A DNA stretch of 64,000 nt from Candidatus Latescibacterota bacterium (GTDB lineage: Bacteria > Latescibacterota > UBA2968), in assembly GCA_965204375.1 (NCBI GenBank), contig OZ241986.1, forward strand, positions 3,904,001 through 3,968,000, read 5' to 3'. A program made the position numbers and the translations under genes. The notes below the pieces were generated by a model that was not told where the DNA came from, did no database searches, and saw only the letters and a program-made list of their open reading frames with translations. Positions 1 to 9,831 of the stretch are shown here, in pieces; position 1 is the first letter of the stretch, and every line of letters starts with the position of its first letter.

Positions 1-130
1 AAACACATAGGCACACTACGCCCCACCATCATCCAGTGGATGCCTGTGCATTGTCTTGAAGACGCTTTCTATTTTATCTTTTTCATCCTGACCATATCCT
101 CATATACCCGAAACTGTTCGGAATTTCCCC

Positions 131-288
131 TTGCTTTTCTCGTTGTGAAACTATACATTATGAAACAGAGCGGGTTGCGGTTTGCAGCACCGTTCCCATC
201 TCTGTATGTTGCGGCAGAAGGCCACAGGCTGCCAAACAGAGCGGCCTTCTGCCCAGCCCGCAGGCGCATCCCATGCCTGCGTTTTTTG
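131..288 (+). ncRNA. Repeated element A, copy 1: candidate ~125-nt sRNA with promoter and intrinsic terminator
   Basis: TTGCTT-17-TACATT promoter-like motif, then hairpin ACAGAG..CTCTGT, hairpin GGCAGAAGGCC..GGCCTTCTGCC, then CGCAGGC..GCCTGCG followed by a T-run. Six copies in the window. Confidence 0.5.
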
Positions 289-341
289 TACCACATTCGT
301 TTCCATATAGCGTTCTTCTCTATTTACAGCTTGAGATCAGA

Positions 342-617
342 CAAAAAACCGCGTGCCCTGTGACACGCGGTTAATTTTTGCAAAAAACAAAATGACCGGG
401 TGCCATCATCTGTGACATCCGGTTAATTTATAAAGCCGGCCAAATGCCACAGGCTGTCTAACTCTCTCTATAGCCCAGATTGAGCTCGGCCCTTTCGGAT
501 ACCGAAACCATAACATTTAACCGGCTGGAACACAAAATATATCCCAGCCTCCACCAGTTCGGACTATAAAATTAAGTTAGACGCGCTTATAATACAAGAT
601 TAGGCAACCCGTTGCAA
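342..617 (-). ncRNA. Repeated element B, copy 1: structured transcript (possibly small-peptide mRNA) with promoter and two terminator-like hairpins
   Basis: Minus-strand TTGCAA(612-617)-17-TATTAT(589-594). Long stem GCCGGTTAAATGTTATGG/CTGTGGCATTTGGCCGGC enclosing a CC-GAAA-GG hairpin (core 435-525). Terminator-like hairpins at 395-423 and 342-372. Confidence 0.5.
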
Positions 618-660
618 GAAAAAAATTGTTCAATCAATACAATTTGACATTTAGAAGCTG

Positions 661-2238
661 TCACATGCCCCATACGTCAATCTCTACCCCGCTGGTAGAT
701 GTCCGGCGAAAGTGGAAGATCTTGTCCTCCCAACGCTTACCTTCACGGCGGTCAAAAATCACCAGATGCCCCGCCTCTGCATCGCAGCGATCCATGTACT
801 CCGCCGTCTGTTCTAAACCCTCGGCAATGGTCTGCTCCAGGCTCTTGTGGAGTAATTTACATTCAATCACGATTTTGCGCGTCTGATCACCCTGCGGCCA
901 AACGATCAGCAGATCGGTGCGCCCACGCCCCAAACCATACTCCCGTTCAATGCGCCCGCCACTGTTCACAATGCGCTGCAAAAACGCCTGCAACAGCAAC
1001 TGCGGACCCGCCTCCTGATATTGGAACCGCGTCACCCAGTGCTCTGAGTGCTCGCGGAAAAAGGTCTGAAACTCGGCCATCAGCTTAATCACATCCAGGC
1101 TACCATCAGCAGTGACGTACCAGGCCGTATCCTCATTGAGTCCCACCTGGGCTGCGTAGGTCAATTCGCGGGGGACGATTTCCGCGTAGATCGGATTGGC
1201 AATGCGAAGTGGGTCGTTTGGGGCGATCAAACCCAGGTCGCGGACATACTCGAGATCGCGAGTGGAAAAGTCGCTGTTCTCTCCACCACTCAAGAGCGGT
1301 TCAATCACGCGCTGTACGCGTTCTTCCTGCAACTTATCGGCCAACTGATCCAGATGCGTCTCTCTACGCAGAATGAGTTGCTCTTGCGCTTCGAGAATAT
1401 CGTCTGCGGTAATCGGCCGATGCCGGTCTGCTGTGTCCCCGTCGTGGAAACATGTCTCATCTGCCAGCGCGTTCACCAGATAGGGTTGCCCTTGCGTCTG
1501 CGTCCAGATCGTCTCCAGCGCGGCGGCGGTAAACACCTGTCCCGTCTCCTCTGTATGCTGATTGAGCAGGGCAATCACCTCGTCCCGCGAGAAATCGCCC
1601 AGACGCAGAGATCGCGCTCTGATATTGAACGCACTTCCACCGGCAATAAGCGCGTTCTCTGCGGTTGATTGGATGCGATAATCGCGCACATCTCGCACCC
1701 CACACAGCACCACACTCTGCGGAAAGCCTGTCGGACGGCGGACATAGCCAGCCCGCAACTGCCGCAGCACGGACAGCAGCGAGTCGCCAATGAGCGCGTC
1801 AATCTCGTCAATGAGCAGCACCAATGGCTTTGGGGCCGACTCGGTCCAGCGCGTCAACGCTTCACGCAGGGCACCGTGGGGTCCGTACTTTGTCAGGATA
1901 TCGGGCCAAATATCGTCCAGAAATTCGTCGCCCAGTGTCGAACGCGCCCAGGAGGCCAATTCGCCCAGAATGGTGCGCATCACCTGTTCCACGTCTTCGC
2001 GTGCGGCCTGCCCACCTTCGATATTAACGTACACACAACGGTAGGTGTCTTCGGCATTGAGCAAGTCGCGCAGAGCCAACAATGCCGAAGTCTTGCCCGT
2101 CTGCCGGGGCGCGTGCAAGACAAAGTAGCGTTTGTCGCGTATAAACCGGCGCACATCGGCGAGGTTCAGCCGTTCCAGAGGCGGGATGCAGTAATGGTCT
2201 GCTGCCACCACCGGACCGGTCGTATTGAAGAAGCGCAT
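661..2238 (-). CDS. AAA-like ATPase with C-terminal PD-(D/E)XK nuclease domain (copy 1)
   Basis: Walker A APRQTGKTS, Walker B LLIDEID, C-terminal REY-GRTDL-VIECK-Q-Y nuclease motif. Confidence 0.85.
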   Translation of the reverse strand: MRFFNTTGPVVAADHYCIPPLERLNLADVRRFIRDKRYFVLHAPRQTGKTSALLALRDLLNAEDTYRCVYVNIEGGQAAREDVEQVMRTILGELASWARSTLGDEFLDDIWPDILTKYGPHGALREALTRWTESAPKPLVLLIDEIDALIGDSLLSVLRQLRAGYVRRPTGFPQSVVLCGVRDVRDYRIQSTAENALIAGGSAFNIRARSLRLGDFSRDEVIALLNQHTEETGQVFTAAALETIWTQTQGQPYLVNALADETCFHDGDTADRHRPITADDILEAQEQLILRRETHLDQLADKLQEERVQRVIEPLLSGGENSDFSTRDLEYVRDLGLIAPNDPLRIANPIYAEIVPRELTYAAQVGLNEDTAWYVTADGSLDVIKLMAEFQTFFREHSEHWVTRFQYQEAGPQLLLQAFLQRIVNSGGRIEREYGLGRGRTDLLIVWPQGDQTRKIVIECKLLHKSLEQTIAEGLEQTAEYMDRCDAEAGHLVIFDRREGKRWEDKIFHFRRTSTSGVEIDVWGM

Positions 2239-2277
2239 GGGATCACATCCTCTCTATTCGTCAGGCGTGACTTTAAG

Positions 2278-2430
2278 ATAGTAGCCTATTTCTATGGGCC
2301 TGTCAACACTGGCAACACATATCGCTACATCCATTGCCCTGTTGAATCTGTTGTCCAAACAATAGCTCTACTTTAGGTGCAACATCACAAAAAGAAAACG
2401 CCTCAGCATCGTTGTGCCGGGGCGTTTTTG
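2278..2430 (-). promoter_or_regulatory. Repeated terminator + sigma70 promoter module (copy 1 of 3)
   Basis: TTGACA(2301-2306)-17-TACTAT(2278-2283) on the minus strand, preceded by hairpin AAAACGCCTC..GGGGCGTTTT. Near-identical at 9832-9985 and 11440-11590. Confidence 0.75.
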
Positions 2431-2485
2431 TGTGTCTGGTAAACCAATTTCCAAATAGTGTCTGCTTCAAATCGGACAGCGCAAG

Positions 2486-2716
2486 TTATGATGATACCTC
2501 GCCGTAACTGTTGACAAAGATCAGAAAGTCGCTAACCCCAATGATGCCATTGCCATCCAGATCAAAGTCTGTGCTTGTTGTTGGCGTCCCACCGCCGCCA
2601 GAGGGTGGCACTTGTTGACCATAGCGGCTGGCAAACATTAAAAAATCAGAAAAATTGATCACGCCATTGGCATCCAGATCATACTGTGCCTGGTATCTTC
2701 CATCCCCTGACATCAT
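2486..2716 (-). pseudogene. C-terminal fragment of a dockerin/EF-hand-like repeat protein
   Basis: YDLDANGVINFSDF and FDLDGNGIIGVSDF motifs, no signal peptide. The end is identical to that of 10041..10316. Confidence 0.6.
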
Positions 2717-2731
2717 CTTTCACTCAATCTT

Positions 2732-5296
2732 TTAACGCAACAGAAGAGGTCGATAAACCTTTTTGCCATCTGAGATTAAATTTCCTCCGGGACTCCACGC
2801 CAAATCGGTGACTGTACCACCTGTTCGAATCTGTTTTTCTCGTAGCCAACCATCTGTTCGCCAGAAGGTTATGATACCCTCTGCATCTCCAGCAGCGATA
2901 TACCGCCCATCTGGTCTAAAGGCAATAGCAAGGACATTGCCTGCACTCAGCCGTCGAACCCTCGTACCACTGCTCACATCCCAAATAATCACACTGGTAT
3001 TACTTCCGTCGTATCCATCGGTAGCGAGATACCTGCCATTTGGACTGAATGCGACAGCAAGGACATTGCCCCCAGGTACCATATACTGACTATTCACATC
3101 GTCTGTCCACCAACTTCTCACTTCCCAGAGGATCGCATTGCCATCATCATCACCTGTTGCGAGATATCGCCCATCAGGACTAAACGCGACATCATAGACC
3201 TCAGAGGCGTCTCGGTCTCCCCACCCCCTCCTTCTGCTGCCACTATTCAGGTCCCAGATCCACGCCCAGCGAAGATTCACGCCTATTGCGATATAATTCC
3301 CATTGGTGGGGCTAAACGCGACTGAGTTAACCCAGTCTGCATCACTACGCGACGCACCACCAACCCCCGTGCGTTGAATCTCTGTACCACTGATCACGTC
3401 TAACAGGACCACATGAGGTTCACTACTGCCGAATCCATCGGCTGCGAGATACCGCCCATCCGGACTGAACGCAACTGATTGGACTTTACCTCCAAGACTC
3501 TTCCACCAGAGATTCGTGCCACTGCTCACCTCCCAAAGACCCATATCGCCTTCGTCATCGCCTGTTGCGATATATCTTCCATTGGGACTAAAAGCAACTG
3601 AAAGACTGCGACTATAAAGAGAATAGACCTCCTGGCTACCAAGTGCAAGAGTCCCCGTCTTTAAGGGATACTCAAAGAAGTTGAAATCCCAAGATACGGC
3701 GGCAAAATTTTCACCCAACCCAATTTTGTCGAAAATTGCAGCTTGTACACCAGCGTACCCATCTACACCCGCATGTAACGACCAATTAATCCGGCTCTGT
3801 GCTCGATTCGTCACCGCAGTAAAATCCAGGTAAGGTTTCACACCAAAATAAGGTCCGGCTACAGCATACAAATTAAAATCTACTTGACCACGTATATAGC
3901 CGCGAATGGTCGCGGCACCTTGTAGTTCTACAGTAGAATCCAGCACTTTATAGGTCGCTTCGGAACCACCCGTCAAATTCTGCCACGAGCCATCTTTGTA
4001 TATCGTCCCAACCTCAACAGGCTTTGTCATTGTTATACCCGAAATGATCCGCCCGTCAAATTCAGCACTGAAATCCGCCCCCACGCCAAATTCCATCCTT
4101 ACCTCAACCACAACGGGAATTCCACCCACTGCAAAGAAGGTGTAATTGGTCACTTGCGCCACGGGTTGGTCTGCATTCAGAGTAAAAGCGCGAAATGCCT
4201 CCAGAGACATTTCTAATGTGACAACGAGATCGCCGTTTACTCCCACCTTTAGAGAATCTAACTTAGAACCTTCAATATTCATCTTAAACTCATACTCCGG
4301 CGAGAACGAAATATCGCAATTGGTCACACGTAGCCTTGCAGAAGCATCGTCATACAAAGTAATCGGGTCCTGTATTGTTGAATTTGCCAACGCGGGCTTT
4401 GTCGCTGGAAAACGAAAGGTCCGACTTATCGAAGCATCTTCAATCACCTCCGTCAAGGCGGCATCTCTGGTCATCACAACGACTTCACCGGCATCTTGTC
4501 GGCTCACGCTAACTACTTTCTTTAAAAAATAAGGCTCCACCGTATTGACCATGACATCACCGACTTTCACACGCGGTGCTGTTCCTTGTACCGAAAAGGT
4601 TATCTGATCGCCCGCTGTGGTCTGATACATCAAAGGCCCGTCCGGAACGCCCACCAGGACCGCAGCATCAGAGATAGAGACCACTTCCACTTTTACCGTA
4701 TCGGGCCTGCTGGCATTCTGCCTGTCATGCACCACCAGTTGAAACAGGTAAGTGCCCGGCCTTTGTGCGCGGAAGGCCGGTTGGGCAACGGTCATCTGGG
4801 AAAGAGCGACGGATTCACCTCCAACTTGACGCCATTCGTAGGTCAATGTTTCGCCTTCTGGGTCGCTACTATTGGTCCCGTCCAATGTCACCGTTTCACG
4901 TTTATCGACGCTTTGGTCTTCGCCTGCCTGAGCTATGGGCAATTGATTTTGTCGTGCTGTTTGCCCAAAGAAATCGACAAAGATGAGGAAGTCAGAAATC
5001 CCCACCACGCCATTGTTATCCAGATCGTACTTTGCATCATACGTCCCATCGCCGTGGCTTGACCCGAAATGATCGACAAATAGCAAAAAATCGGGAATAC
5101 CAACTATCCCATTGCCGTCAAAGTCAGCATCCGCTGCAGTTTGAGCAACCACAGGGCACACCAAACCCACCAGCATCACCGCAACAACAAATAACCGATA
5201 CAAAATAATTTCCTCCCAAATTGGAAAACGCCCTGACCTTACCCGTCGCTGGGTATTTCCTGGCAATACCAAAACAACGCCTATAAACGCCCACAC
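2732..5296 (-). CDS. Secreted protein: dockerin/EF-hand-like pair, PKD/Ig-like domain, C-terminal WD40 propeller (true start probably near 5200)
   Basis: Signal-like LFVVAVMLVGLVCPVVA, DFDGNGIVGIPDF, PIAQAGEDQ..TLDGTNSSDPEG, repeated VAFSP(D/N)GRYLA. Confidence 0.8.
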   Translation of the reverse strand: MWAFIGVVLVLPGNTQRRVRSGRFPIWEEIILYRLFVVAVMLVGLVCPVVAQTAADADFDGNGIVGIPDFLLFVDHFGSSHGDGTYDAKYDLDNNGVVGISDFLIFVDFFGQTARQNQLPIAQAGEDQSVDKRETVTLDGTNSSDPEGETLTYEWRQVGGESVALSQMTVAQPAFRAQRPGTYLFQLVVHDRQNASRPDTVKVEVVSISDAAVLVGVPDGPLMYQTTAGDQITFSVQGTAPRVKVGDVMVNTVEPYFLKKVVSVSRQDAGEVVVMTRDAALTEVIEDASISRTFRFPATKPALANSTIQDPITLYDDASARLRVTNCDISFSPEYEFKMNIEGSKLDSLKVGVNGDLVVTLEMSLEAFRAFTLNADQPVAQVTNYTFFAVGGIPVVVEVRMEFGVGADFSAEFDGRIISGITMTKPVEVGTIYKDGSWQNLTGGSEATYKVLDSTVELQGAATIRGYIRGQVDFNLYAVAGPYFGVKPYLDFTAVTNRAQSRINWSLHAGVDGYAGVQAAIFDKIGLGENFAAVSWDFNFFEYPLKTGTLALGSQEVYSLYSRSLSVAFSPNGRYIATGDDEGDMGLWEVSSGTNLWWKSLGGKVQSVAFSPDGRYLAADGFGSSEPHVVLLDVISGTEIQRTGVGGASRSDADWVNSVAFSPTNGNYIAIGVNLRWAWIWDLNSGSRRRGWGDRDASEVYDVAFSPDGRYLATGDDDGNAILWEVRSWWTDDVNSQYMVPGGNVLAVAFSPNGRYLATDGYDGSNTSVIIWDVSSGTRVRRLSAGNVLAIAFRPDGRYIAAGDAEGIITFWRTDGWLREKQIRTGGTVTDLAWSPGGNLISDGKKVYRPLLLR

Positions 5297-5308
5297 AGAA
5301 AATATCGG

Positions 5309-5494
5309 TCAACGTCCCGGCATAAGGTGTTGTGGCACAGCGTCATTATCCTGGTCTGAAGCAAGCGTTGAACCATCAGGAGAAAACGCAACAGAGACAA
5401 GATCAGACCTATGCCCTTGAAGGGAAGCGATAGAATCATTTCCATAACAGGAGGCAGTTGAAAATGGATGCGCCAAGTTTAGCAAAAACGCCAA
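5309..5494 (-). pseudogene. Isolated WD40 repeat fragment
   Basis: LQGHRSDLVSVAFSPDGSTLAS in a short ORF. Confidence 0.45.
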
Positions 5495-5720
5495 AATAAA
5501 AATAATTTTGAGTCCGAAACGCAGGCAAATTTCCTCGAGAGTATGCCCCGGCCTGGTTGTGCCGGGGCGTTTTTTTTAGTAAATTCATCAGGACTTACGC
5601 AACACCTCTACATCTTGTGATTTATTTGAAATAAGATATACAAGATGTTGTGGCAAAATGGCGTAATTTTCGGTAAACTGCGTAAGTCCTATTCATCCTA
5701 TTTGCGGCGTGGTGAAAAGA

Positions 5721-6167
5721 CTAACCTGTTAGAGTCTTTCCAAAGTTTTCAACGAAGACGAGAAAGTCAGCAAAGTCTACATCACCATCATTGTCGAGAT
5801 CACCAACCAGGCCACTATTGCTGTTTTCTTCTGTGTCCCCTATTGTTGTGGGTTCAGCTTTCCGCATTAGGATTATATACAGAGTTCCTTTGATGTAACC
5901 CGAACGCGCACTGGCACCCACGCCCACAACTTGCCAGCCGTATAACCCCAATTGATTGAGCTTTTGCTGCTCACGTTCTTCATTAATACTTGTACCAATC
6001 TCTAATATTTTGTACTCATAAACTGGGCGTGTTGTTTGTTGCGATTGTGCCTTGCTCGAATTGGAGATCAAAAACACGACCAAGAGCCCAATAATCACGA
6101 TACCAAAAATTTTAAAACACGAACACTTGCCCTTGATGCTGGCATGCATGCTACACCTCCCTTTCAA
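5721..6167 (-). CDS. Small exported protein, DUF4177-like domain plus dockerin-like tail
   Basis: N-terminal hydrophobic segment, YEYKIL..LNQLG..GWQVV, GDLDNDGDVDFADF. Confidence 0.6.
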   Translation of the reverse strand: MKGRCSMHASIKGKCSCFKIFGIVIIGLLVVFLISNSSKAQSQQTTRPVYEYKILEIGTSINEEREQQKLNQLGLYGWQVVGVGASARSGYIKGTLYIILMRKAEPTTIGDTEENSNSGLVGDLDNDGDVDFADFLVFVENFGKTLTG

Positions 6168-6636
6168 TGGTTTGGTTTGGTATTTCCCGCCTCTGAAAAA
6201 GGCGAGGCATCGTCAAATTGGGGGTTGATAACCATCTTGCCGTCAAGCGTTATATACCCCTGACCCTGTGGGTTGGTCACCACCACAAGAAAACATCATC
6301 AAGCTCAACAACAAAATTCGAAACTTCATAGTCGTTCCTCCTAAAAGATTTATCCTGACAGATTTATAATCAATACTTCGGACAAAATTAAGCGGCGATA
6401 TTGCCATAATTGAGAAGACATCCAATTTCAAAATTACTGCATAATTCATCAAACATCTTAACAACGACAGGTGTTTTACCGAATACTCCTCCCCTCAAAA
6501 GCAAATTCTCAATCTTGGATTTGCGAGTACATATCAGATACCTGCTCCGTGTCCAGACCAATAGCGGACAGGCGTGATAAGTTTTAAGCCATCTTTACTC
6601 TCCTTTCTTGTTACATCCATCAAACGGGAAAATGCA

Positions 6637-6762
6637 ACTTGATTTTGTGGTTGTGGAACGTTGCATTTCGACACAGAGCGGGTTGCGGTTTGCAAGACCG
6701 TTTCCCTCTCTGTATGTTGGCGGCAGAAGGCCACAGGCGCCAACCCGAGCGGCCTTCTTGCA
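6637..6762 (+). repeat. Repeated element A, copy 2 (truncated, no terminator)
   Basis: TTGATT-17-TGCATT, then GCGGGTTGCGGTTTGCAAGACCG..GGCAGAAGGCCACAGG..GGCCTTCT. Confidence 0.7.
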
Positions 6763-6802
6763 GAATTTCCTCACATTGATCGGGCAAATCGCCCTGTGGT
6801 CA

Positions 6803-7500
6803 TCAAAACTGTACCCAAAACTGTACCGTAACTCCTCTGCCCTGAAGAGCTGGGATATGCGTATTGATTGATGCGGCACTTAGAGGATTATTCCTCACAT
6901 CAACCTCGTCTCCACTGCCCAATCCCGTATTTGCCACCAATGGTGAAAGATCAGAGATCCTATTGCCGGAAAGCCTCAGGCTTGTCAAATTTGTCAAACC
7001 TGACAGCGCAGATATGTCCGAGATGGTATTGCTCTGATAGAAAACTCTCGACCCGTTACATCCACTGCGGTAGTAAACTCTGCCCGTGCTAAAAAACCAG
7101 AAGATGGCAAGGTGACAAGCGTAGCAGGACCGAGGAAGTCTGTACCAATCGTTTCTCTTGGCAACGCAAACGGAAACGCACTGTTTTCCGCTCTGACATA
7201 AGTCAAAACAGACGTATCAAAGTCAAATTCAATTGCTACACCAACCAGTGGCGTAGTCGCACCTTTTGCAAAAACTTCAACCGCAATTTTTGTACCTTGT
7301 CCAGACACTGTGGCTGAAGTGACGCCATCATCTATCTGATTGCCTGGCCCCCCATCGGCAATCAGATCAAGTGACAGAACAGCATTGGCATTGGAGCCAG
7401 CAGAGGCCTGATCCACAAAGACCAGCAATGCAAGGGATATGACCAAAGCGAATACCTGACAAACTTTTCTCATTTTCATCCTCCTCATTGCATCCATCAA
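6803..7500 (-). pseudogene. Broken secreted protein: signal peptide + cohesin-like domain (6994-7500) joined out of frame to an internalin-like LRR C-terminus (6803-6997)
   Basis: VLSLDLIADGG..IAVEVFA..IEFDFD, then LRLSGNRISDLSPLVANTGL..NNPLS..HIPALQGRGVTV. Confidence 0.6.
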
Positions 7501-7515
7501 TCAAAAAAATGCAAC

Positions 7516-7654
7516 TTGATTTTGTGATTGTGGAACGTTACATTGTGAACGGATCGGGTTGCGGTTTGCAAGACCGTTTCCCTCTCTGTATGTTGGCGGC
7601 AGAAGGCCACAGGTGCCAACCCGAGCGGCCTTCTGCCCTGCCTGCGATTTTTTT
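7516..7654 (+). repeat. Repeated element A, copy 3
   Basis: TTGATT-17-TACATT, both hairpins, and a GCCTGCG-A-T7 terminator remnant. Confidence 0.7.
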
Positions 7655-7755
7655 ACACTACCCCTCCCTTCTTTCAGAATTTCCCAACAGTGTTCGGTCA
7701 AATCGCCCTGCTCTACTTATGACCCTTTCTCAATTTGTTGCCCTGGGATTAAGCA

Positions 7756-7988
7756 AAAAAATACCGGGTGCCATTACCACCTATGACACCCGGTTAATAT
7801 TATGCCGGTCAAATGCCACAGGCTGTGTGACTCACTCTATAGCCCAGATTGAGCTCGGCCCTTTCGGAGACCGAAACCATAGCATTTAACCGGCTGGAGA
7901 TTGCACATATTGTACCCGGCTCCCTCCAGCCGGCACTATAGAATGATTCACACGCCCTTATAGTACAACATCAAAAATTCCTTCGCAA
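7756..7988 (-). ncRNA. Repeated element B, copy 2
   Basis: TTGCGA(7983-7988)-17-TACTAT(7960-7965). Core 7804-7894. Terminator ACCGGGTGTCAT..ATGGCACCCGGT followed by a T-run. Confidence 0.5.
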
Positions 7989-8214
7989 CAAAAAAATCGC
8001 TCATAAGACGACCTGCAGGTGCTGTCTGGTATAGCGCGTGTCGGCCAGGGGAGCATGTCGCTCGCCTGATTGCACCGCCAAATAGGACACATTCACAAGC
8101 ATCTGGTTTCAAAAAAAAGTAACTATTCAGGACATTGTTGGAAACCCGTGTTGCTAACCACCTGTGTGGCAATAAAAGGCAAATGAATAAAAACAATTTG
8201 ACATTTAGAAATTA

Positions 8215-9792
8215 TCACATGCCCCATACGTCAATCTCTACCCCGCTGATAGACCTCCGGCGAAAGTGGAAGATCTTGTCCTCCCAACGCCTGCCTTCAC
8301 GACGGTCAAAAATCACCAGATGCCCTGCCTCTGCATCGCAACGATCCATGTACTCCGCTGTCTGTTCCAGACCCTCGGCAATGGTCTGCTCCAGGCTCTT
8401 GTGGAGTAATTTACATTCAATCACGATTTTGCGCGTCTGATCACCCTGCGGCCAGACGATCAGCAGATCGGTGCGTCCACGCCCCAAACCATACTCCCGT
8501 TCAATGCGCCCGCCACTGTTCACAATGCGCTGCAAAAACGCCTGCAACAGCAACTGCGGACCCGCCTCCTGATATTGGAACCGCGTCACCCAGTGCTCTG
8601 AGTGCTCGCGGAAAAAGGTCTGAAACTCGGCCATCAGCTTAATCACATCCAGGCTACCATCAGCAGTGACGTACCAGGCCGTATCCTCATTGAGTCCCAC
8701 CTGGGCTGCGTAGGTCAATTCGCGGGGGACGATTTCCGCGTAGATCGGATTGGCAATGCGAAGTGGGTCGTTTGGGGCGATCAAACCCAGGTCGCGGACA
8801 TACTCGAGATCGCGAGTGGAAAAGTCGCTGTTCTCTCCACCACTCAAGAGCGGTTCAATCACGCGCTGTACGCGTTCTTCCTGCAACTTATCGGCCAACT
8901 GATCCAGATGCGTCTCTCTACGCAGAATGAGTTGCTCTTGCGCTTCGAGAATATCGTCTGCGGTAATCGGCCGATGCCGGTCTGCTGTGTCCCCGTCGTG
9001 GAAACATGTCTCATCTGCCAGCGCGTTCACCAGATAGGGTTGCCCTTGCGTCTGCGTCCAGATCGTCTCCAGCGCGGCGGCGGTGAACACCTGTCCCGTC
9101 TCCTCTGTATGCTGATTGAGCAGGGCAATCACCTCGTCCCGCGAGAAATCGCCCAGACGCAGAGATCGCGCTCTGATATTGAACGCACTGCCACCGGCGA
9201 TAAGCGCGTTCTCTGCGGTTGATTGGATGCGGTAATCGCGCACATCGCGCACCCCGCACAGCACCACACTCTGCGGAAACCCCTCCGGGCGCAGGTCATA
9301 GCCAGCCCGCAACTGCCGCAGCACAGACAGCAGAGAATCGCCAATGAGCGCGTCTATCTCGTCAATGAGCAACACCAGAGGCTTTGGATCGGCTTTCGCC
9401 CAGCGCGTCAACGCCACACGCACTGCGGCGTGTGGACCAAACTCGGCGAGAATGCCGGACCAAATCTTGAGCAAAAATTCATCGTCAAGTGTCAGACTCG
9501 CCCGGACAGCCAACTCACCCAGAAAGGTACGCGTTGCCTGTTCCACATCTTCGTGTGCGGCCTGCCCGGCCTCGACATTAACATACACACAGCGGTAGGC
9601 ATCCTCAGCATTAAGCAGATCGCGCAGAGCCAACAATGCCGAAGTCTTGCCCGTCTGCCGGGGCGCGTGCAAAACGAAATAGCGTTTGTCGCGGATGAGC
9701 CGGCGCACATCGGCGAGGTTCAGCCGTTCCAGAGGCGGGATGCAGTAATGGTCTGCTGCCACCACTGGACCTGTCGTATTGAAGAAGCGCAT
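8215..9792 (-). CDS. AAA-like ATPase with PD-(D/E)XK nuclease domain (copy 2)
   Basis: Same length (525 aa) and motifs as 661..2238. Nearly identical except a divergent patch around aa 75-135 and a short one near aa 165-170. Confidence 0.85.
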   Translation of the reverse strand: MRFFNTTGPVVAADHYCIPPLERLNLADVRRLIRDKRYFVLHAPRQTGKTSALLALRDLLNAEDAYRCVYVNVEAGQAAHEDVEQATRTFLGELAVRASLTLDDEFLLKIWSGILAEFGPHAAVRVALTRWAKADPKPLVLLIDEIDALIGDSLLSVLRQLRAGYDLRPEGFPQSVVLCGVRDVRDYRIQSTAENALIAGGSAFNIRARSLRLGDFSRDEVIALLNQHTEETGQVFTAAALETIWTQTQGQPYLVNALADETCFHDGDTADRHRPITADDILEAQEQLILRRETHLDQLADKLQEERVQRVIEPLLSGGENSDFSTRDLEYVRDLGLIAPNDPLRIANPIYAEIVPRELTYAAQVGLNEDTAWYVTADGSLDVIKLMAEFQTFFREHSEHWVTRFQYQEAGPQLLLQAFLQRIVNSGGRIEREYGLGRGRTDLLIVWPQGDQTRKIVIECKLLHKSLEQTIAEGLEQTAEYMDRCDAEAGHLVIFDRREGRRWEDKIFHFRRRSISGVEIDVWGM

Positions 9793-9831
9793 GGATCACA
9801 CCCTCTCTATACGTCATGCGTGACTTGTAAG

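Noticed and set aside
165-256. Element A as an integron attC site
   Set aside because: No clear RYYYAAC/GTTRRRY ends and no integrase in the window; promoter and terminator features explain it better.
40-363. Recurrent short ORFs such as QSGLRFAxPFPSLYV and QKAAxxGxxxxxxTYRxGNG
   Set aside because: They are translations of repeat element A in several frames, with inconsistent starts and stops between copies.
435-525. Element B as a c-di-GMP-I or Moco riboswitch, SRP RNA or hammerhead ribozyme
   Set aside because: It has a GAAA hairpin but lacks the diagnostic cores as I recall them (GGCAAA/GACGCAAAG, CUGAUGA, UCAGGUCCGGAAGGAAGCAG). An Rfam search is still needed.
1048-2376. Long + strand ORFs opposite the AAA genes (also 8602-9930 and similar antisense ORFs elsewhere)
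   Set aside because: Shadow frames of well-supported minus-strand genes, with no recognisable motifs.
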